Shown here one piece after another: positions 58,827 through 64,000 of a stretch of DNA of 64,000 bases. The stretch lies in NCBI GenBank assembly GCA_035601235.1, contig DATNOR010000038.1, positions 4,858 through 68,857 of the forward strand. The letters are read 5' to 3'. Below the pieces are notes generated by a model. The model was not told the DNA's origin, searched no databases, and worked only from the letters and a program-made list of their open reading frames with translations. How positions within the stretch are numbered: position 1 is the stretch's first letter; every line of letters begins with the position of its first letter. The stretch comes from Gemmatimonadales bacterium. GTDB lineage: Bacteria > Gemmatimonadota > Gemmatimonadetes > Gemmatimonadales > GWC2-71-9. A program made the position numbers and the translations under genes.

Positions 58827-60442
58827 TGGCCATCAAGGGATCGCTGAAGGAAGCGTCGCTCCCCGACGTGCTCCAGCTGCTCGCGCTGGGGCAGAAGACG
58901 GGGTGTCTCTCCATCGCCGACCGCTCGAACTTCGGCTACATCTACTTCGACAAGGGTCGCATCTGCTACGCGTCGATCGTCAACCGGCGCGATCGCCTGG
59001 GCGACATCCTGGTCAAGCACTCCAAAATCACCCAGGCGCAGCTCGACGTCGCCGTGCACCGCCAGACCAGGGAGCACGGCAAGAAGCTCGGCGAGGTCCT
59101 GGTCGGCATGGGGGTCATCACCCAGGCCGATCTCGAGCGCTACATGCGGGTGCAGATCGAGGAATCGGTCTACTATCTGTTCACCTGGACGCAGGGGACG
59201 TTCAACTTCGAGTCCGACGTCCGCCCCGAGCGCCAGGACTTTCGGGTCTCGATCAACCCCGAGTCGTTGCTGCTCGAGGGCGCGCGTCGCGTGGACGAGT
59301 GGAGCCTGATCGAGAAGAAGATCCCCGGGTTCGATTTGATCTTCGTCGTGGACGGGGACCGGCTCGCCATCAGCGAGGCGAAGCTGACCGACACCCAGCA
59401 GCGCATCCTGCCGCTGCTCGACGGGTCGCGCGACGTGAACCACGTGATCGAAGACTCCGGGCTGGGAGAGTTCGAGATCGGCAAAGCGCTGTACGGGCTG
59501 ATCACCGCCGGGTTCGTGCACCGCGCCGGCCGCACGGCGTCGGCGGCCGACGCGCAGATCACCGATGCGCGCGTGGAAGAGCATCGCAATCTGGGGATCG
59601 CGTTCTACAAGACGGGCATGCTGGACGAGGCGACGCGTGAGTTCCGCCGCGTCGCCGAGCTGCGCTCAGGGGAAGCCAACGCCCACTTCTACATCGGCCT
59701 CGTCGCCCTGAAGCAGGCGCGCTGGCGCGAGGCGATGGAGGCGTTGCGCCTGGCGGCGGAGAAGGGCGGGAACCGTCCCGCGGTGTTCCACAACCTGGGC
59801 TTTGCCTACGAGCAGCTGGGCCGGCTCGACGACGCCGAGGCGGCCTACGGCGAGGCGGCCACGCGTGCCCGGACCGATGCGAAGGTGTACCTGGGCTGGG
59901 GGGTCGTGGCGCTGAAGCGGGGCGACTACGCCAGTGCCGCCGGCCGTCTGGATCGGGCGCGGGAGCTGTTCGGCAAGGTGCCGCCGCCGGCCTGGTTCTG
60001 GGCGCGCACGCTCAGCGCCGCGGGGGCGGGCGCATTCGAGCTCGCGCAGGAGCTGGCCGAGGAGGGGGCGGAGGCCTTCCCGTCGCACGCCGCGCTCCAG
60101 AACAACCTGGCGGTGCTCAAGGAGCTCGCGGGGGACCTCGCGGGGGCGGAGGACGTCGTGCGCGCGGCGCGCAAGAACGAGCCCTCGCTCCCCCAGCTGT
60201 CCAAGAACCTCGGCGACCTCACCTACCGCGCGTCGCGCTACGACGAGGCCTGGGAGGCGTACCGGCGCGCCGTGGAGCTGGCCCCCGACCTGGGCGACGA
60301 CGTGTACTTCAAGCTCGGCAACATCGCGTACAAGCGGAACGAGCGCGAGCTCGCGACGCAGCTGTGGCGCCAGGCGCTCGAGATCAACCCGAAGCACGAG
60401 CTCGTCAAGGCCAATCTGGACACGTTGAGCGCGTTGTCGTGA
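58826..60442 (+). CDS. PATAN (DUF4388) domain protein with C-terminal TPR region, second paralog
   Basis: Start ATG 58826 (TGATG junction). MAIKGSLKEASLPDVLQLLALGQKTGCLSI...FDKGRICYAS, helical insert LGEVLVGMGVITQADLE, EGARRVDEWSLIEKKIP (compare EGARRIDEWSRIEGRIP in the first paralog), then about 7 TPR units. Confidence 0.8.
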   Translation: MAIKGSLKEASLPDVLQLLALGQKTGCLSIADRSNFGYIYFDKGRICYASIVNRRDRLGDILVKHSKITQAQLDVAVHRQTREHGKKLGEVLVGMGVITQADLERYMRVQIEESVYYLFTWTQGTFNFESDVRPERQDFRVSINPESLLLEGARRVDEWSLIEKKIPGFDLIFVVDGDRLAISEAKLTDTQQRILPLLDGSRDVNHVIEDSGLGEFEIGKALYGLITAGFVHRAGRTASAADAQITDARVEEHRNLGIAFYKTGMLDEATREFRRVAELRSGEANAHFYIGLVALKQARWREAMEALRLAAEKGGNRPAVFHNLGFAYEQLGRLDDAEAAYGEAATRARTDAKVYLGWGVVALKRGDYASAAGRLDRARELFGKVPPPAWFWARTLSAAGAGAFELAQELAEEGAEAFPSHAALQNNLAVLKELAGDLAGAEDVVRAARKNEPSLPQLSKNLGDLTYRASRYDEAWEAYRRAVELAPDLGDDVYFKLGNIAYKRNERELATQLWRQALEINPKHELVKANLDTLSALS

Positions 60443-61260
60443 CGGCGGGGGGGGGGCCGGACGAGCGGGCGTTTCGAGCGCTCACCCAGAAGATCACGCG
60501 GGCGCGAGGCCTCGCGTGCGACAGCTACAAGGACCGCTGCCTGCGGCGCCGCATCGCGGTACGGATGCGGGCGCGCGGCGTCCACACGTTCGACGATTAC
60601 AGTCGCCTGCTCGATCAAGACCAGCGCGAGTACGACCTGCTGGTCGACGCCCTCACCATCAACGTCACCAAGTTCTTCCGCAACGTGGAAACGTGGCGCG
60701 CGCTTGCGCCGTGGCTCGACAAGCTCTGGATCGCGCGCCGGGGCGAGGTGCGGGTCTGGTCGGCCGGATGCGCGTCGGGAGAGGAGCCGTACACCGTAGC
60801 GGTGGCGCTGGCCGAGGCGGCGCGCCGCGCCGGCCAGGAGCAGCTGCTCGGCCGCGCGCGCGTGGATGCCACCGACATCGACCGCGCGAGCCTCGAGCGC
60901 ACGCGGGCGGCGCAGTACCCCGAGGCGGCGTTCAGCGAGACCCCGCCGGAGCTGGTGGCGCGCTATTTCACGGCGCCACCGCGGCAGCCGGCACCCGAGC
61001 TGCAGCGCATCGTGCATGTCGCCAAGCACGACCTTACGAGCCAGCCGCCGCCCGCGCCGCCCTACGATCTGGTCGTCTGCCGCAACGTGGTGATTTACTT
61101 CGACCGGGCCATGCAGGAGCAGCTGTTCACGCTGTTCGCCGACGCGCTCGCGCCGGGGGGCGTGCTGCTGCTTGGCAAGGTCGAGACCTTGTTCGGTGCG
61201 GCGCGCGAGCGCCTGGTGCTCGAAGAGCCCCGCGAGCGGATTTATCGGCTGGCCCCATGA
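60439..61260 (+). CDS. cheR: Chemotaxis protein methyltransferase CheR
   Basis: Start GTG 60439 (GTGA overlap). LTINVTKFFRN, SAGCASGEEPYTVA (SAM-binding) and VCRNVVIYFD. Confidence 0.9.
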   Translation: MTAGGGPDERAFRALTQKITRARGLACDSYKDRCLRRRIAVRMRARGVHTFDDYSRLLDQDQREYDLLVDALTINVTKFFRNVETWRALAPWLDKLWIARRGEVRVWSAGCASGEEPYTVAVALAEAARRAGQEQLLGRARVDATDIDRASLERTRAAQYPEAAFSETPPELVARYFTAPPRQPAPELQRIVHVAKHDLTSQPPPAPPYDLVVCRNVVIYFDRAMQEQLFTLFADALAPGGVLLLGKVETLFGAARERLVLEEPRERIYRLAP

Positions 61261-61757
61261 TGGGAGCCGCGGCGCCGCAGGAGACGATCGTGAAGGTGGC
61301 CGACTGGGCCGCCGGCCGGGCGGATGCGGTGCTCGTGACGCTGGGCCTCGGGTCGTGCGTCGCGATCATGCTGCACGATCCCCGCGCCTGCGCCGGCGCG
61401 ATGGCCCACATCCTGCTGCCTTCGAGGAGCCTCGCGCGCGACATCACGAATCTCGCCAAGTTTCCCGAGACTGCCGTGCCGCTGCTGGTGGAGCGTCTCG
61501 CGACGCTGGGGGCCGACCCCCGATACCTCGTCGCCAAGCTCGCGGGCGGCGCCAGCATGTTCGCGCAGCTCATGACGCCGGGTTCGGTGCAGATGGGGGA
61601 GCGCAACGTCGCGGCCGCCCGCGCCGTGCTGCGCCACGTGGGGATCCCCGTGGCGGCCGAAGCGGTGGGCGGGGACGCCGGCCGCTCGGTGCGGTTCTAC
61701 GTGGCAGATGGCCGGGTCGAGATCCGGTCGGTCGGCGTCGATGCCATCGTCATCTGA
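61257..61757 (+). CDS. cheD: Chemoreceptor glutamine deamidase CheD
   Basis: Start ATG 61257 (ATGA overlap). [14 protein letters not shown] (catalytic Cys), [18 protein letters not shown] and GERNV. Confidence 0.88.
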   Translation: MMGAAAPQETIVKVADWAAGRADAVLVTLGLGSCVAIMLHDPRACAGAMAHILLPSRSLARDITNLAKFPETAVPLLVERLATLGADPRYLVAKLAGGASMFAQLMTPGSVQMGERNVAAARAVLRHVGIPVAAEAVGGDAGRSVRFYVADGRVEIRSVGVDAIVI

Positions 61758-62856
61758 CGGCCGCCCCAGCGTCCTGGTCGTGGACGACAGCGCGCTGATG
61801 CGGCGCGTGTTGAGCGACGTGCTGGGCGCGGGCGACGGCATCGCGGGGGCGGGGGAGTTTCGGGTCGTGGGCACCGCGCGCGACGGCTTCGATGCGGTGC
61901 GCAAGGTGCATCAGTTCGACCCCGACGTCGTGACGATGGACCTCGAGATGCCGGAACTCGACGGGCTGGGCGCCATCGGCTACATCATGTCGGAGTCGCC
62001 CCGCCCGATCGTGGTGGTGAGCGCGCACGCGGGGCCCGGCACCGGCACGGCGATCCGCGCCCTGGAGCTCGGCGCCGTGGAGATCGTCGCCAAGCCGGAC
62101 GATGCGAACCGTGCCGCGCTCGAGCGCATGGCCCCCGAGCTGCGCGGCGCCGTGCGCCGGGCCCTCGCCGCCGACGTGTCGCACGTCTCGGTCCTGGCGC
62201 GGCCGCCCGCGCCGGTGCGGCGCGCGCCCGAGCAGGCGCTCCGGGCCCGGGCCCGCCTCGCGGTCGCGCTCGCGGCATCCACCGGCGGGCCGCGCGCCCT
62301 CGCGGAAGTGATCCCGCGCCTCCCCACCGGCCGGACGGCCGCGGTGCTGGTCGTGCAGCACATGCCGCCCCGGTTCACCCGCTCGCTCGCCGAGCGGCTC
62401 GACTCGTTGTCCGCACTGCGCGTGGTGGAGGCGGACGACGGGGCGCCCGTGGTCGCCGACACGGCGTACGTGGCCCCGGGCGATTATCATATGCGAGTGG
62501 TCGCCGCCGCCGCAGGGCCCGCCATCGCGCTCGACCAGGAGCCGCCCGTGTGGGGCGTGCGCCCGGCCGCCGACCCGCTGTTTCGCTCGGTGGCGCAGGT
62601 GTTCGGCGCGAGGAGCATCGGCGTGGTGCTCACGGGCATGGGCCGCGATGGCGCGGAGGGCGTGCGCGCGATCCGCGCCGCCGGGGGCGGAGGGATCGCC
62701 CAGGACCGCGACTCGGCCGTCATCGCCGGCATGCCCACCGCGGCGGTGCAGATCGGGGGCGTGGATGCGGTCTTCCCGCTGGGCGAGATCGCGGGGCGGA
62801 TCGACACGGAGCTGGTCACGAGGGGGGCCGGCATGCGGGACACGGGGCGCGTGTGA
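61741..62856 (+). CDS. cheB: Chemotaxis response regulator protein-glutamate methylesterase CheB
   Basis: Receiver domain ([25 protein letters not shown]) plus methylesterase domain ([26 protein letters not shown]). Start ATG 61741 is preferred; 61708 is possible. Confidence 0.92.
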   Translation: MPSSSDGRPSVLVVDDSALMRRVLSDVLGAGDGIAGAGEFRVVGTARDGFDAVRKVHQFDPDVVTMDLEMPELDGLGAIGYIMSESPRPIVVVSAHAGPGTGTAIRALELGAVEIVAKPDDANRAALERMAPELRGAVRRALAADVSHVSVLARPPAPVRRAPEQALRARARLAVALAASTGGPRALAEVIPRLPTGRTAAVLVVQHMPPRFTRSLAERLDSLSALRVVEADDGAPVVADTAYVAPGDYHMRVVAAAAGPAIALDQEPPVWGVRPAADPLFRSVAQVFGARSIGVVLTGMGRDGAEGVRAIRAAGGGGIAQDRDSAVIAGMPTAAVQIGGVDAVFPLGEIAGRIDTELVTRGAGMRDTGRV

Positions 62857-62860
62857 TGGC

Positions 62861-63325
62861 ATGCGTCAGGGTAGGGGCGCAGCATGCTGCGCCCCTCCAT
62901 CGACCGTGAGCCGCGGCTATCTGCTGGTGCGCGTGGACGGCCGGTCGTACGGCCTGCCCCTCGCCCGGGTGCTCGAGGTGGGCGACCTGGCGGAGGTGCT
63001 GGACGTGCCACGCGCCTTGCCGGCGATGCGTGGCCTCACCCCCCTGCGGGGACGCCTGGTGCCGGTGGTGCATCTGGGCGCGTTGATGCGCGACGGGACA
63101 CCGCCCGCCGAGCGGGGGCGCACGGCGGTGCTGGTGGAGATCGGGGCGGGCGAGGGCGCGCGCCGGGTGGCCTTCGAGGTGGAGGACGCCGACGACGTGG
63201 TGCGCGAAGCCGCGCTGCCGGTGCCGCGCGGCGAATCGCTGCCGTGGGCCTCGGGAGTGGCGCGCCGCCGCGGCGCGCTGGTCCCGATCCTCGATCTGGA
63301 CGCGCTGGGAGACCGCATCGGATGA
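62861..63325 (+). CDS. CheW-like domain protein (divergent)
   Basis: YLLVRVDGRSYGLPLARVLEV...MRGLTPLRGRLVPVVHLGAL...VAFEVEDADDVV...ALVPILDLDAL follows the CheW pattern. Start uncertain: ATG 62861 or GTG 62906. Confidence 0.75.
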   Translation: MRQGRGAACCAPPSTVSRGYLLVRVDGRSYGLPLARVLEVGDLAEVLDVPRALPAMRGLTPLRGRLVPVVHLGALMRDGTPPAERGRTAVLVEIGAGEGARRVAFEVEDADDVVREAALPVPRGESLPWASGVARRRGALVPILDLDALGDRIG

Positions 63326-63798
63326 CGGCAGGCGACGACGTACAGCTCGTGACGTTCAAGGTGGCCGGCTACGACTTCGCCTTCAACATCTTCCAGGTGG
63401 AGCGCATCCTCCGCTACGAGGCGCCGGCGCCGTTGCCCAAGGCCCCCGACTTTCTCGAAGGCGTGCTCCAGTACCAGGGAGCCGCCATCCCCCTGGTGGA
63501 CCTGCGGAAGCGGCTCGGCGTTCCGGCGCCGCACCGCGAGGAGACCCGCAGCGTGATTCTCGAGTGGGAGGGCGGCAAACTCGGCGTCGTGGTTGACGCC
63601 GTGACCGAAGTGCGGCAGGTCGCGGCCGAGCGGATCACGGCTCCGCCCGGGATCGTGAAGGGGTTGGCGGCGGAGTACATCACCGGTCTCGTGGTGACCG
63701 ACGGCCGCACGATCATCGTGCTCAATACGGCCCGGCTGCTGTCGTCGCAGGAGAAGGTCGCCCTGGACACGGCGGTGCAGCAGCAGGTGAAGGTCTGA
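63322..63798 (+). CDS. cheW: Chemotaxis coupling protein CheW
   Basis: Start ATG 63322 (ATGA overlap). LVTFKVAGYDFAFNIFQVERIL...FLEGVLQYQGAAIPLVDLRKRLG...LGVVVDAVTEV...IIVLNTARLL. Confidence 0.85.
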   Translation: MTAGDDVQLVTFKVAGYDFAFNIFQVERILRYEAPAPLPKAPDFLEGVLQYQGAAIPLVDLRKRLGVPAPHREETRSVILEWEGGKLGVVVDAVTEVRQVAAERITAPPGIVKGLAAEYITGLVVTDGRTIIVLNTARLLSSQEKVALDTAVQQQVKV

Positions 63799-64000
63799 TG
63801 GCCGATTCCCCGCTTCCCGCGCTCCGCGCCGAGTACGAGCAGATCGCGCGCCGCCTCGACGGGGTGACGCACGCGTCCGAGCGCGAGGTCGTGAAGCGCG
63901 AAATCATCGCCTACTTCAAGCGGGTCGATGCGTTCATCGGCGAGCTATCGGCGCTCAAGGAGGACATCCGCAAGCTGGTCGATCGGTTCAAGCAGGTCAC
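63798..64000 (+). CDS. Hypothetical protein, N-terminal fragment (runs off the right edge)
   Basis: My own translation from ATG 63798 (TGATG junction with cheW): MADSPLPALRAEYEQIARRLDGVTHASEREVVKREIIAYFKRVDAFIGELSALKEDIRKLVDRFKQV. Helical or coiled-coil character, G/C-rich third positions, and no stop up to the window end. Confidence 0.45.
   Translation, partial: MADSPLPALRAEYEQIARRLDGVTHASEREVVKREIIAYFKRVDAFIGELSALKEDIRKLVDRFKQV

Overview
Very GC-rich bacterial chromosomal segment; third codon positions are almost all G/C. Envelope genes point to a diderm, and a Gemmatimonadota-like origin is only a guess. I support about 65 CDS and one tRNA, and I found no rRNA, CRISPR array, transposase, integrase or prophage genes. 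The first 47 kb is densely packed housekeeping. It holds selA (partial), valS, thrS, a thiolase/hbd/acd block with bioY and a CPBP protease inside it, rpiB, glyA, hsp20, lon, nnr, thiL, plsC, eno and ftsB. It continues with tRNA-CAU, tilS-hpt-ftsH, a MacAB/Lol-like ABC exporter, folP, cdaA and a Bacillus-like yggS-divIVA-ileS-lspA-rluD block. Many junctions are ATGA, GTGA or TGATG overlaps. A minus-strand envelope cluster at 22.1-27.1 kb encodes a zinc-ribbon/PEGA pseudokinase. The main finding is 47.4-64.0 kb, apparently one tightly coupled operon. Classical chemotaxis genes (cheW-cheY-cheA-cheC ... cheR-cheD-cheB-cheW-cheW) bracket nine non-che genes. These are a giant TPR protein, two paralogous PATAN(DUF4388)-TPR proteins, three roadblock/LC7 (MglB-like) proteins, a bona fide MglA GTPase, and a 662-aa protein made of two tandem DnaA-type AAA+ modules. 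That protein has no DnaA N-terminal domain and no DNA-binding domain. No receptor (MCP) gene is visible in the window. Non-coding features include a ~160-bp palindrome of 9-bp GGGAGGTTC-type iterons between valS and thrS, and a two-copy palindromic element family, one copy of which extends the folP reading frame. There is also a hairpin pair after thrS and several candidate leaderless promoters. All calls come from reading the translations and sequence by eye; no database search was run.
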